The notes beneath the pieces were generated by a model, which was given only the letters and a program-made list of their open reading frames with translations, was not told where the DNA came from and did not search any database. The translations under genes were made by a program, and so were the position numbers. Below are positions 8,611 through 18,289 of a stretch of 64,000 bases of DNA, piece after piece. This DNA comes from an uncultured Bacilli bacterium (lineage in GTDB: Bacteria > Bacillota_I > Bacilli_A > RF39 > UBA660), in NCBI GenBank assembly GCA_934162195.1, contig CAKPHO010000005.1:6515-70514 (forward strand). Direction: 5' to 3'. Numbering within the stretch: position 1 is the first letter of the stretch; every line of letters begins with the position of its first letter.

Positions 8611-10248
8611 ATGAAGAATAATAAGGGTTTTGCAATAAGTAGTGTTGTTTATGCAATGCTAATCCTTTTTTTAGGACTTATCTTATTAATTTTAGGAAAT
8701 TTAGCTAGCAGAAAAGCTATGTTCGATAAAGAAAAAAATGAGATACTTATGAGATTTAATAATTACGGATCTAGTAAAAAATTTGAAAATGGTGAAGTGG
8801 TATACTTTAATGTGACGTCAGGAGAATTATGTTCGTCATCAGAATATACAGAAACCCAAAGTAATACAGGGGTAAAAGAAGGGTGTATGAAGTTTTATGC
8901 TTTCAATGATGATGGAAAAAATAAAGTAAATTTAATATTAGACCATAATACCACACAATATGCGGCATGGAATTCAAGTGGAAGTAATTCAAGTGGTCCA
9001 AAAGATTTGTTAGACCAATTAAAAGCAGATACAAGATTATGGAAAGGAACAGAACCCCCATCAAACTATACGATGGATCAAACAATACAGAAAAGTAATG
9101 CAAATTATAAAATTAATTATAGTACATATAAAGCAAGATTAATAACGGCTCAAGAAATAGCTAAAATAACTGGTTATAAAGAATGGGATGAAAAAAGTAG
9201 TACTAATGTATATTATTTTGATACCAAAACATCATCACCAAGTCCTACCTGCAAAAGTGGAAACACAACTGGATGCAAATATGGATGGTTATATGACAGA
9301 ACATACACAAGTTGTATAGATTATGGATGCTTGAATAATTCAAATGTATATATGATTGGTTATTGGACCGCATCATCATATAGTAATTCATCTAGTAGTG
9401 CATGGTATGTAAATTATGGTGGCTTTGTGGTTAGTGGTGGTGTTAGTACAACAAATTATTTTGGTGTTCGTCCGGTTATAGAAGTATTAAAATCAAAATT
9501 AGTAAAAACATATGCCAATGGAGAAGTAGTATATTTTAATGTAGATAATGGAACAAAATGTACATCCAGTGAAGCAGTAAGTACAACAGGAACAAAGAGT
9601 GGATGTATGAAATTCTATGCCTTTAATGATGTTGGAAAAGATACAGTAAATTTAATCTTAGATCATAATACAACAGCAACAGTAGCATGGAATAATACAT
9701 ATAAAAATGATAGTGGTAGCATAGCCAATGCTAAAGGTCCAAAAGAATTATTAGACAAATTAAAAAGTGATACATCATCATGGAAAGGAACAATAACGCC
9801 AGCAAATTATACAATGGATCAATCAAATCAACCAAGCAATGCAAAATATACAATAGATTATAGTAGTTATAAAGCAAGATTAATAACAGCACATGAAATA
9901 GCTCAAATAACAGGAAATACGACATGGGATGAAAAGACTGCAAATAATATTTATTATTTAGACAGCAAAACAACTACTGCAAGTGCCACATGTAAAAGTG
10001 GGAATACAAGTGGATGTAGTTATGGTTGGCTATATGATAGAACATCTACTTCATGTACAACATATGGATGTTTAAATAATTCAGATAAAGAAACACACGG
10101 TTATTGGACTGCCTCTTCTCGTGCCGGCTACTATAGCCTCGCTTGGCGCGTGGGCAACGATGCTTACGTGAGCAGCGACGGCGTTTTCAATTCAAGCAGC
10201 GAAGGTGTGCGCCCAGTTATAACTGTCTTGAAATCTAGCCTTATATAA
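8611..10248 (+). CDS. Pilin-like membrane-anchored protein with two tandem DUF1566/Lcl-like modules
   Basis: N-terminus KGFAISSVVYAML is a hydrophobic helix, prepilin-like but without Glu+5. Two ~270-aa internal repeats (NGEVVYFNV...GCMKFYAFND...YKARLITA.EIA.ITG...GVRPVI.VLKS). Shares its C-terminal motif with the paralogs 18290, 26370 and 53768. Confidence 0.75.
   Translation: MKNNKGFAISSVVYAMLILFLGLILLILGNLASRKAMFDKEKNEILMRFNNYGSSKKFENGEVVYFNVTSGELCSSSEYTETQSNTGVKEGCMKFYAFNDDGKNKVNLILDHNTTQYAAWNSSGSNSSGPKDLLDQLKADTRLWKGTEPPSNYTMDQTIQKSNANYKINYSTYKARLITAQEIAKITGYKEWDEKSSTNVYYFDTKTSSPSPTCKSGNTTGCKYGWLYDRTYTSCIDYGCLNNSNVYMIGYWTASSYSNSSSSAWYVNYGGFVVSGGVSTTNYFGVRPVIEVLKSKLVKTYANGEVVYFNVDNGTKCTSSEAVSTTGTKSGCMKFYAFNDVGKDTVNLILDHNTTATVAWNNTYKNDSGSIANAKGPKELLDKLKSDTSSWKGTITPANYTMDQSNQPSNAKYTIDYSSYKARLITAHEIAQITGNTTWDEKTANNIYYLDSKTTTASATCKSGNTSGCSYGWLYDRTSTSCTTYGCLNNSDKETHGYWTASSRAGYYSLAWRVGNDAYVSSDGVFNSSSEGVRPVITVLKSSLI
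10126..10248 (+). other. GC-shifted 3' segment, candidate DGR variable repeat (VR)
   Basis: Codon usage switches abruptly to GCC/GGC/CGC/AGC/GAC/AAC in a 28% GC gene. Aligns codon-for-codon with 54640..54772 of the paralog (the only template-like partner in this window), differing mainly at codon positions 1 and 2 with C retained at position 3. Confidence 0.5.
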
Positions 10249-10258
10249 AATAAAAAGA

Positions 10259-10288
10259 TTGACATTACAAAATAAAATGATATATAAT
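10259..10288 (+). promoter_or_regulatory. Sigma-A type promoter for the valS leader (TTGACA-18-TATAAT)
   Basis: TTGACA 10259..10264, TATAAT 10283..10288. Confidence 0.55.
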
Positions 10289-10294
10289 AGTCAC

Positions 10295-10502
10295 ATAAAA
10301 ACTTTGAGCTTGAGGAGTAAACTAAAGCGTTTTAAAGAGAGTCTATGGTTGGTGGAAATAGATAAATTAATTAGTTGAAGGTAGCAAGCTAGTTGAATAT
10401 CTAAGTAAATAGGATATTACGTATATTATGCGTTAAATAATTAAGGTGTAGAAATACATAAATTAAGGTGGTACCACGTAAACTCACGTCCTTATCTGGG
10501 AT
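10295..10502 (+). promoter_or_regulatory. T-box riboswitch leader upstream of valS
   Basis: AGAGAG box; conserved T-box sequence AAGGTGGTACCACG at ~10468..10481; terminator hairpin ACTCACGTCC/GGATGTGAGT followed by a T-run immediately before the RBS. Confidence 0.7.
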
Positions 10503-10535
10503 GTGAGTTTTTTATATTTTAATAGGAGGAATATT

Positions 10536-13076
10536 ATGTTAGAAAGTAAATATAATCATTTAAGCGTTGAAGATGGAAAATATGAAAATTGGAAAGAAAA
10601 GGGATATTTTGAGTCTGGTGATTTAAGTAAGAAACCATACTGTATTGTAATTCCCCCACCAAATGTAACAGGTAAATTACATTTAGGACATGCTTGGGAT
10701 ACAACCCTTCAAGATATTATTATTCGTTATAAAAGAATGGATGGATATGATGCTCTTTGGGTTCCTGGTATGGACCATGCTGGAATAGCAACACAAGCTA
10801 AAGTTGATAAAAAATTAAAAGAGCAAGGCATAAAACCACGTGAAATGGATCGTGAAGAGTGGTTAGAACATGCATGGGCTTGGAAGAGACAATACGCAGA
10901 TAATATTCATGCACAATGGGCTAAAATGGGATTAAGTTTAGATTATACCAAAGAAAGATTTACTTTAGATGAAGGACTTAGTAATGCTGTTAAGAATGTT
11001 TTTGTAACTTTATATAATGAAGGATTAATATATAGAGGAGAAAGAATTATTAACTGGGATCCTGAAGCTATGACAGCACTTTCCAATGAAGAAGTAATAT
11101 ATAAAGATGTAGAAGGAGCATTCTATCACATTAAGTATTTTATAGAAGGAACTAATGACTATCTAGAAGTTGCAACAACTCGTCCTGAAACATTATTTGG
11201 AGATACTGGTGTTGCTGTTAATCCTAGTGATGATCGTTATAAACATTTAATAGGAAAAAAAGTCGTTCTTCCTATTGTTAATAAGTTAATACCTATAGTA
11301 GGAGATGAACATGCTGATCCAGAATTTGGTACTGGTGTTGTTAAAATAACCCCAGCTCACGATCCTAATGACTTTGAGGTAGGAAATAGACATGATCTTG
11401 AAAGAATTATTGTTATGAATCCTAATGGTACAATGAATAAGAATGCTGGTATTTACGAAGGAATGGATCGCTTTGCTTGTCGTGAGAAACTTGTAAATGA
11501 TTTAAAAGCACAAGACTTACTTATATCTATTGAACCAATTGTTCATAGTGTAGGTCATAGTGAAAGAACAGATGTAATGGTTGAACCATATCTTTCTAAA
11601 CAATGGTTTGTTAAGATGAGACCACTTGCAGATAGAGTATTAGAAAATCAAAAGAATAAAGACACAAAGGTTAATTTTGTTCCAGAAAGATTTGAAAAAA
11701 CTATGAATCACTGGATGGAGATTACTTATGACTGGTGTATTTCTCGTCAACTTTGGTGGGGACACAGGATACCTGCTTGGTACAAAGGTGAAGAAGTGTA
11801 TGTTGGAATAAATCCACCTGAAGGTGATGGTTGGATACAAGATTCGGATGTGTTAGATACTTGGTTTTCTAGTGCTTTATGGCCATTTTCAACACTTGGT
11901 TGGCCAGAAAAAACAGATTTGTTAGCTCGTTATTATCCTAATAATGTTTTAGTAACAGGATATGATATAATTCCTTTCTGGGTAAACAGAATGACTTTCC
12001 AAGGACTTCATTTTACAGAACAAAGACCATTTAAAGATTGTTTAATCCATGGACTTATTCGTGATAAACAAGGTCGTAAAATGAGTAAATCATTAGGTAA
12101 CGGTGTAGATCCTATGGATGTTATAGAAAAATATGGCTGTGATTCATTGAGATTTTTCTTAACTACATCAACTGCGCCAGGTATGGATTTGAGATATGAT
12201 GAAGAAAAAGTGGCATCAACTTGGAATTTTATCAATAAACTTTGGAATGCATCACGTTTTGTTTTAATGAATATTGAAGACTTAACTAAAGATACTTATA
12301 CATTAGATAATTTATCAATTAGTGATAAATGGATTTTAACAAAACTAGAAAATCTAATTAAAACGGTTAGAAAACATATGGATAATTATGAATTTAATGT
12401 TGTTGGTACAGAACTTTATAGTTTCATCTGGAATGATTTCTGTGATTGGTATATAGAACTTGCTAAAGGAAATTTGAATAATACAACAAAGAGTGTACTT
12501 CTTACTGTACTAACAGATGTATTAAAGATGTTGCATCCATTTATGCCATATGTAACAGAAGAAATATATTTAATGTTACCAGTACATGATAAATCAATTA
12601 TGATAAGTTCTTATCCAGTATATAATAAAGATTTAGTATTTGAAGATTCTAAAGAATTAGATAATATTATTGATTTTATTGTTAAAGTAAGAACTGCTAA
12701 ATTAGAACATAAAATACCAAAAAATTCAAAAGTATATTTTGAAGGTAATTATAAAGATTTAATTTTAAAATCTCTTCGTGTTGCTTCTGAATGTTTAATA
12801 GATAATAGTGATATGGATGGAGTGGAAGTAATTAGTTCAAATAAAAACTATAGAATTAAGTATATGTTTGATACTTCTATTGATAAAGAAAAAGAGTTAG
12901 AATCACTTCAAAAAGAAAAAGAAAACTTAGAAAATTCTATTGCTAGAAGAAAGAAACTTTTAAGTAATGAAAACTATGTAAGTAAAGCTCCAGAAAATAT
13001 TGTTAATAAAGAAAGAGAAGATTTACTAAAAGAGGAGAATGAATTAAAATTAATTTTAGAAAAAATGGGCAACTAA
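10536..13076 (+). CDS. valS: Valyl-tRNA synthetase
   Basis: HIGH motif [15 protein letters not shown]; KMSKS motif KMSKSLGN; C-terminal coiled coil; start at the RBS-supported (TAGGAGG) ATG at 10536. Confidence 0.92.
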   Translation: MLESKYNHLSVEDGKYENWKEKGYFESGDLSKKPYCIVIPPPNVTGKLHLGHAWDTTLQDIIIRYKRMDGYDALWVPGMDHAGIATQAKVDKKLKEQGIKPREMDREEWLEHAWAWKRQYADNIHAQWAKMGLSLDYTKERFTLDEGLSNAVKNVFVTLYNEGLIYRGERIINWDPEAMTALSNEEVIYKDVEGAFYHIKYFIEGTNDYLEVATTRPETLFGDTGVAVNPSDDRYKHLIGKKVVLPIVNKLIPIVGDEHADPEFGTGVVKITPAHDPNDFEVGNRHDLERIIVMNPNGTMNKNAGIYEGMDRFACREKLVNDLKAQDLLISIEPIVHSVGHSERTDVMVEPYLSKQWFVKMRPLADRVLENQKNKDTKVNFVPERFEKTMNHWMEITYDWCISRQLWWGHRIPAWYKGEEVYVGINPPEGDGWIQDSDVLDTWFSSALWPFSTLGWPEKTDLLARYYPNNVLVTGYDIIPFWVNRMTFQGLHFTEQRPFKDCLIHGLIRDKQGRKMSKSLGNGVDPMDVIEKYGCDSLRFFLTTSTAPGMDLRYDEEKVASTWNFINKLWNASRFVLMNIEDLTKDTYTLDNLSISDKWILTKLENLIKTVRKHMDNYEFNVVGTELYSFIWNDFCDWYIELAKGNLNNTTKSVLLTVLTDVLKMLHPFMPYVTEEIYLMLPVHDKSIMISSYPVYNKDLVFEDSKELDNIIDFIVKVRTAKLEHKIPKNSKVYFEGNYKDLILKSLRVASECLIDNSDMDGVEVISSNKNYRIKYMFDTSIDKEKELESLQKEKENLENSIARRKKLLSNENYVSKAPENIVNKEREDLLKEENELKLILEKMGN

Positions 13077-13139
13077 TAAGCCTGTTTTTTTGTTAACAAA
13101 TGCCTAGGTATTTCATATATTACTGTAGGGAGGTGACTT

Positions 13140-13529
13140 ATGAATGAACTAAATAATACTGCAAGTGCGAATGGAACATATAATAATATTCCAACATCTG
13201 TTACGTCTAATACCTCAGTGGTAAATATGATAGAAGGACTTACACTAACTAAAGAAGCAGACAAACAAAATTGGAGTAGTGGAGATTTAACATACACAAT
13301 AACTTTAAAAAATGAAACAGATAAGGTATATTCAAATTTGGTCATTAAAGATGTTATTAATACAACTTTAGTAGAGTTTGTAAAAGGTAGTGTGACTATT
13401 AACGGAAATAATGCATTAGAATCACAATATTCTTACGACGAAGGAACTAGTACATTAACAATCAATTTAAATGATGCAGGACCCTCATCAACAAATACTC
13501 TCACGTTTCGCGTTACAAAAAAAAGTTAA
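13140..13529 (+). CDS. DUF11 (conserved repeat domain) protein, short, possibly a remnant
   Basis: LTLTKEADK...GDLTYTITLKNETDKVYSNLVIKDVI...FVKGSVTINGNN matches the DUF11/TIGR01451 repeat-domain pattern; RBS GGGAGGTGA; no signal peptide, only 129 aa. Confidence 0.45.
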   Translation: MNELNNTASANGTYNNIPTSVTSNTSVVNMIEGLTLTKEADKQNWSSGDLTYTITLKNETDKVYSNLVIKDVINTTLVEFVKGSVTINGNNALESQYSYDEGTSTLTINLNDAGPSSTNTLTFRVTKKS

Positions 13530-13674
13530 TCGTTATTTTGTTTTAAATACATGTTCATTACTTTATTATAATAATGGTAGAGAGTTAAAAAGTAACTATG
13601 TTTTAGTCATAAGTCCAATAAATAGATACTATAAAGAAAATTATACTTGCTCAACACCTTATTGGCATAAATAA

Positions 13675-13699
13675 GAATCACTTAATGTGATTTTTTTTA
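13675..13699 (+). terminator. Intrinsic terminator (AATCAC-TTAAT-GTGATT + T8)
   Basis: Perfect 6-7 bp stem plus a T-run. Confidence 0.6.
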
Positions 13700-13745
13700 A
13701 TTACTATGAAAAACGTCCATATTTTGACAAAAAACTTAAAAAGTA

Positions 13746-13778
13746 TTGACTATTAATTTAATTTTGTGCTATTATAAG
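13746..13778 (+). promoter_or_regulatory. Promoter of the small pilin gene (TTGACT-18-TGcTATTAT extended -10)
   Basis: TTGACT 13746..13751; TGCTATTAT 13767..13775. Confidence 0.55.
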
Positions 13779-13808
13779 AATGTAAATAAGGTAAGGTGGT
13801 GAGAATAA

Positions 13809-14168
13809 ATGAAAATGAATAAGAAAGGTTTTACTTTAATTGAATTATTAGCAGTTATCGTAGTATTAGCTATTATCGCTTTAATCGCTACTCCAATTGT
13901 TATGAGTACAATTAATAAAGCTCAAGAAGGTGCAAATAAGAGATCTGTAGAAGGTTACATGAAAGCTTATGAAGCAGCATACTATGAATATATGCTTGAA
14001 AATGGTGGTGCTGAACCAGCAACTAAATTAACTTCAGGTATTGATTATAATGGTGCTACAGTTGAATGTGCAACAATTACAGTAACAGCTGATAAAAAAT
14101 TCAGTGCTACTTGTACAGTAAATGGTAAGACTTACTCATATGCAAATGGGAAAGCTGATAATAAATAA
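13809..14168 (+). CDS. Type IV major-pilin-like protein (prepilin with C-terminal disulfide loop)
   Basis: NKKGFTLIELLAVIVVLAIIALIATPIV class III signal; 119 aa; two Cys near the C-terminus (CATITVTADKKFSATC) typical of the pilin D-region; own promoter and terminator. Confidence 0.8.
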   Translation: MKMNKKGFTLIELLAVIVVLAIIALIATPIVMSTINKAQEGANKRSVEGYMKAYEAAYYEYMLENGGAEPATKLTSGIDYNGATVECATITVTADKKFSATCTVNGKTYSYANGKADNK

Positions 14169-14183
14169 TATTATCTAGTATTA

Positions 14184-14212
14184 AAAAGATAGTTAATTGC
14201 TATCTTTTTTTG
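14184..14212 (+). terminator. Intrinsic terminator after the pilin gene (AAGATAG-TTAATTG-CTATCTT + T7)
   Basis: Perfect 7-bp stem plus a T-run. Confidence 0.7.
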
Positions 14213-14249
14213 TGCTTTTATGCTATACTTTAAAAGGTAGGATGATGGT

Positions 14250-15575
14250 ATGAGTAAAATAATAAGCAAATTAAATTTTGTGTTAATTATCTTTGTGTTA
14301 GTATTAAATCCATTATGGTTGTTAACATGTGCCAACCTAAAATCATTTGGTTTAACAATACCTTTTTATTATTATCAAATATTATATTTTCTAATTCCGG
14401 TAGAAGTAATTATTTATGCATATAAAATTATAAAAAAAGAAGTTAAATTTAATTATTATGATATGATTGTATTTATATTGTTAATATTACTTGGGATTGT
14501 TACTAGTAATTCGATTGATGTATCCACATCAATTTGGGGAGCTTATAAAAGAAATGAAGGTCTTTTGACGATGATAAGTTATTACTTGTTGTTTTTAAAT
14601 TGCAGAAGTTTAAATGAGAAACAAATACGTTTTGGTGTAAAAGTTCTATTTGAAATAGGAATTGTGCAATTTGTTTATTGTTTATTGCAAGTTTTTTTGA
14701 GATTCCCAGGATTAGAATTATTTTCTTTAAATGATGTAAATTATATGGCAATGGGTTTTGTAGGAAATCCTAATTTTTTAGGAAGTTATTGTATAATGTT
14801 ATTAGGATTAGCTCTTATGTTATATTTTATTAAAAGTGAAAGAAAATATTTTTGGTTAAGCATTATATTTTTTATTAATTTAATTTTGTCTCAATCCACT
14901 GGTCCTTTCTTTTCTTTTATAATATTATTTATCTTTATGATTATCTTTATGAAAATTAAAAACATAATTAATTGGGAAAAAGTAGGTATTGTATTTGTCA
15001 GCTTTGTATTAACCTTTATTGTTGTCAGTAATGGTGTAGAATTATATTGTAAAAAGGTATTTAATGATAAGATTGTTTCTAGTTATACAATAAAAGGTGA
15101 TATGCTAAATACTTTAAATTTATTTGGATTCTCTAAAGAAAATGGTGATAAAGATATAACAATTGAAGATTATGGTTCTGGTAGAATTACTATTTGGAAA
15201 AATACTTTAAAAATAGTACCTAAGTATTTTTGGTTAGGTTCTGGCATAGATACATTTGGATATGTTTACCCTGATAATAATAAGGGACTATATTATGATA
15301 AAGCACATAATGAATATCTTCAAATTCTTATTACAGAAGGAATTTTTTCATTAATATTATACCTTAGTTTATTATTAACCTTGTTTGTTGATGGCATAAA
15401 AAGTAATAATAAACTTGTTTGGATATTAATGATGGCTTTTGTAGGGTATGCTTTGCAAGCATTTTTAAATATAAGAGTTAATACAGTCGCACCAACATTT
15501 TATATAATAACGGGAATGCTTGCTGGACTTATTAGTCAAGAAAAAGTAAAAGAAAAAATTAAGAAAGTTGCTTAA
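14250..15575 (+). CDS. O-antigen ligase / Wzy_C-family polytopic membrane protein (GT-C-like; PglL/WaaL-type)
   Basis: ~10 TM helices followed by a large periplasmic-type loop carrying YYDKAHNEYLQILITEGIFS (Wzy_C-like H-N-E-Y-L motif), then C-terminal TM helices. Confidence 0.6.
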   Translation: MSKIISKLNFVLIIFVLVLNPLWLLTCANLKSFGLTIPFYYYQILYFLIPVEVIIYAYKIIKKEVKFNYYDMIVFILLILLGIVTSNSIDVSTSIWGAYKRNEGLLTMISYYLLFLNCRSLNEKQIRFGVKVLFEIGIVQFVYCLLQVFLRFPGLELFSLNDVNYMAMGFVGNPNFLGSYCIMLLGLALMLYFIKSERKYFWLSIIFFINLILSQSTGPFFSFIILFIFMIIFMKIKNIINWEKVGIVFVSFVLTFIVVSNGVELYCKKVFNDKIVSSYTIKGDMLNTLNLFGFSKENGDKDITIEDYGSGRITIWKNTLKIVPKYFWLGSGIDTFGYVYPDNNKGLYYDKAHNEYLQILITEGIFSLILYLSLLLTLFVDGIKSNNKLVWILMMAFVGYALQAFLNIRVNTVAPTFYIITGMLAGLISQEKVKEKIKKVA

Positions 15576-15629
15576 ACTTTCTTTTTTTTTAATCTTGTTA
15601 TATAATATACGTACAGATGGAGGTTGTTT

Positions 15630-16574
15630 ATGGAAAAAATTTCAATTATTGTACCTTGTTATAATGAAGAAGAAGCAATGCCTATATTTTATGAAGAAAT
15701 ATGTAAAGTTGCTAAAAAAATGAAAAAAGTAGATTTTGAGTTCATTTTTGTAAATGATGGTTCTAAAGATCATACTTTAGATGTTGCTCGTGAATTACAC
15801 AAAAAAGATGAAAGAGTAAGATATGTTTCATTTTCTCGTAATTTTGGAAAAGAAGCTGGAATGTATGCTGGATTAGAAGCCGCTCGTGGAGATTATGTTG
15901 CTATTATGGATGTTGACTTACAAGATCCACCTGCTTTAATAGAAGAAATGTATGAAACATTAAAAAATGAAGATTATGATTGTGTAGCATCTCGCCGTGT
16001 TTCAAGAAAAGGTGAGCCACCAATAAGAAGTTTTTTTGCTAGATGTTATTATAAGTTAATTAATAAAATATCTAAAACAGAAATAGTTGATGGTGCACGT
16101 GATTTTAGATTAATGACTCGTCAAATGGTTGATTCTATTCTAGAATTAAAAGAATACAATCGTTATTCTAAAGGAATATTTAGTTGGGTAGGATATAAAA
16201 CTAAGTGGTTAGAATATGAAAATATCGAAAGAGTAGCAGGAACTACGAAATGGTCTTTCTGGAAATTATTTTTATATTCTTTAGAAAGTATAGTAGCGTT
16301 TTCTACGGTACCATTATCAATAGCTGCTGTAATGGGATTGTTATTTTGTTTAATTGCATTTATTTTAATTATTGTTATTATTGTAAAAACATTAACTGTT
16401 GGAGATCCAGTAGCGGGATGGCCTAGTATGGTATGTATTATTTTCTTTGTCAGTGGTATTCAATTATTCTGCTTGGGAATTATCGGTCAATATCTAGCTA
16501 AAACATATTTAGAAGTTAAGAATAGACCAATTTATATAGTTAAAGAAACTGAGGAATCTGAATGCAAAAAATAG
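15630..16574 (+). CDS. GT2 polyprenyl-phosphate glycosyltransferase (GtrB/CsbB-like)
   Basis: SIIVPCYNEEE...NDGSKDHT...DVDLQDPP are GT-A motifs; two C-terminal TM helices; RBS GGAGG then ATG at 15630. Confidence 0.8.
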   Translation: MEKISIIVPCYNEEEAMPIFYEEICKVAKKMKKVDFEFIFVNDGSKDHTLDVARELHKKDERVRYVSFSRNFGKEAGMYAGLEAARGDYVAIMDVDLQDPPALIEEMYETLKNEDYDCVASRRVSRKGEPPIRSFFARCYYKLINKISKTEIVDGARDFRLMTRQMVDSILELKEYNRYSKGIFSWVGYKTKWLEYENIERVAGTTKWSFWKLFLYSLESIVAFSTVPLSIAAVMGLLFCLIAFILIIVIIVKTLTVGDPVAGWPSMVCIIFFVSGIQLFCLGIIGQYLAKTYLEVKNRPIYIVKETEESECKK

Positions 16575-16984
16575 TAGATTTATTTAATAAATATAAAGAA
16601 GTAATTATGTATTTAATATTTGGAGTTTTAACAACTGTAGTAAGTTTAGTTACTTACTATGTTTTAACACTTACGATATTAAATCCTAATAGTGCTTTGC
16701 AATTACAATTAGCAAATATTATATCTTGGATTGTAAGTGTAGCGTTTGCTTATGTTACTAATCGTAAATTTGTATTTGAAAGCAAGAGTGAAAATATTGT
16801 TAAAGAATTAAGTTCATTTGTTGGTGGTAGAGTATTAACTTTACTAATGGATATGGCTATTATGTTTATATTTGTGACATTATTACATTTTAATGACAAA
16901 ATATTTAAAATAGTTTCACAAGTTGTAGTAATAGTAGCAAACTATGTAATAAGCAAATTATTTGTCTTTAAAGAAAACAAATAG
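16562..16984 (+). CDS. GtrA-family small membrane protein (lipid-linked sugar flippase)
   Basis: 140 aa, four TM helices, NRKFVFES motif; overlaps the GtrB-like stop. Confidence 0.7.
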   Translation: MQKIVDLFNKYKEVIMYLIFGVLTTVVSLVTYYVLTLTILNPNSALQLQLANIISWIVSVAFAYVTNRKFVFESKSENIVKELSSFVGGRVLTLLMDMAIMFIFVTLLHFNDKIFKIVSQVVVIVANYVISKLFVFKENK

Positions 16985-17037
16985 TTTGCTTTTTTTGTTT
17001 TGCAATGTTATAATAGGCGCTATTGAGGGGGAGTTTT

Positions 17038-18165
17038 ATGAAAATAGATCCATATGAATACTATTTTTTGGAACCTAGAATAGATGGATTAAAAGATTAT
17101 TATAAAAAAAATCACGAACTAACAATTATCGGATTAAATGATTCTCAAGGTGTTAATACAACTAATTTGTTAAAAAAAGGATTACTTGAATTTATTTCTG
17201 ATAAATTAAAAGATGAAGAGACTAAAACAACTGTAATTGATGCATTTTCATTAATGTTTAATAAGACAGAACATATTAATTATTTATTAAGATCTAATCC
17301 AAATTTAGAAGAAATAAAAGATTTACAAGTTTATGGCATGGTTTCTGCATTAGAAAAAGCTATGAGTGATTTTCATTTACCTAGAGATTTAGGTAAAATA
17401 GGTTATGTAAGTAGAAAGTTGCATAAAACTTGTAAGGAAGATAAAGATATAAGATTAACAGATACCTTAAGAGGTTCTAAAGAACCTATAGTTATTTATT
17501 CAAGTGGTGCTAATGACATTATGAGAGAAGGATGGAATAATCCATTTAATATTGGTAAAGATTATAAAAAACAAAATGCGGCTTATAAATACACTTTAGA
17601 TAAATTAAGTGATGTATCAACAGTAAAAAGAATTATTGATAAAGTAGATGAAAATTTTAATAATATTTTATCTTTAAATGATAAAGCTGATGTTTTTGCA
17701 CTAGGATTATATATTCCAAAATCAATGAGAAAAGAAGAAATGAAAGTCTTTAATAGTACTATTAAAATATATAATGAGTTTTTAAAAGAGCTATGTAAAA
17801 AATATAATATTGAATATGTTGACACTGAAAGTATCGGTAATGAAAATAATAAAAATAAATTAAATTTTCATACTACGGTAGAAAGATATAATGCTTTGGC
17901 AAACAAAATAATAGAAATTTTATATGGCAGAAAATTATATAAACATGAAGACTTTGTTCTTCCAGAACTTACTGGTTTTAAATCTGGTAAAAATGGTTTG
18001 TATGAATTTTTAGTTGATTTAAAAAGAGATTTTAAAAAAGTTGTAAAAGAAGGTGTTCTTGCTATGGATACTGATGAAGTGACATATGAAGTTGCTGTTC
18101 AAAAAAGAAGAGAAATAGAAAGACAAATTGGTGTTGTTGAAAAAACATTGATGAAGAGAATGTAA
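17038..18165 (+). CDS. Hypothetical protein, possibly SGNH/GDSL-hydrolase-like
   Basis: GLNDSQG (block I-like), SSGANDI (GxND block III), NFHTTVERYNALANKI (block V-like DxxH region); RBS GAGGGGGA; ATG at 17038. Confidence 0.4.
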   Translation: MKIDPYEYYFLEPRIDGLKDYYKKNHELTIIGLNDSQGVNTTNLLKKGLLEFISDKLKDEETKTTVIDAFSLMFNKTEHINYLLRSNPNLEEIKDLQVYGMVSALEKAMSDFHLPRDLGKIGYVSRKLHKTCKEDKDIRLTDTLRGSKEPIVIYSSGANDIMREGWNNPFNIGKDYKKQNAAYKYTLDKLSDVSTVKRIIDKVDENFNNILSLNDKADVFALGLYIPKSMRKEEMKVFNSTIKIYNEFLKELCKKYNIEYVDTESIGNENNKNKLNFHTTVERYNALANKIIEILYGRKLYKHEDFVLPELTGFKSGKNGLYEFLVDLKRDFKKVVKEGVLAMDTDEVTYEVAVQKRREIERQIGVVEKTLMKRM

Positions 18166-18195
18166 AAGTTGCAATATTTTGTTGCAATTTTTTTA
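18166..18195 (+). terminator. Intrinsic terminator (GTTGCAA-TATTTTG-TTGCAAT + T7)
   Basis: Hairpin plus a T-run immediately after the stop at 18165. Confidence 0.55.
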
Positions 18196-18218
18196 TTGGA
18201 TTTGTATAAATAAAATTA

Positions 18219-18245
18219 TTGACACAGAAAATTAGCTGTTATAAA
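18219..18245 (+). promoter_or_regulatory. Promoter of pilin-like gene 18290 (TTGACA ... TGtTATAAA)
   Basis: TTGACA 18219..18224; extended -10 TGTTATAAA 18237..18245 (15-nt spacer). Confidence 0.45.
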
Positions 18246-18289
18246 ATTAATACAGTAATAGTAGTAGTAAAGTATAGGAGGTAAAGATT

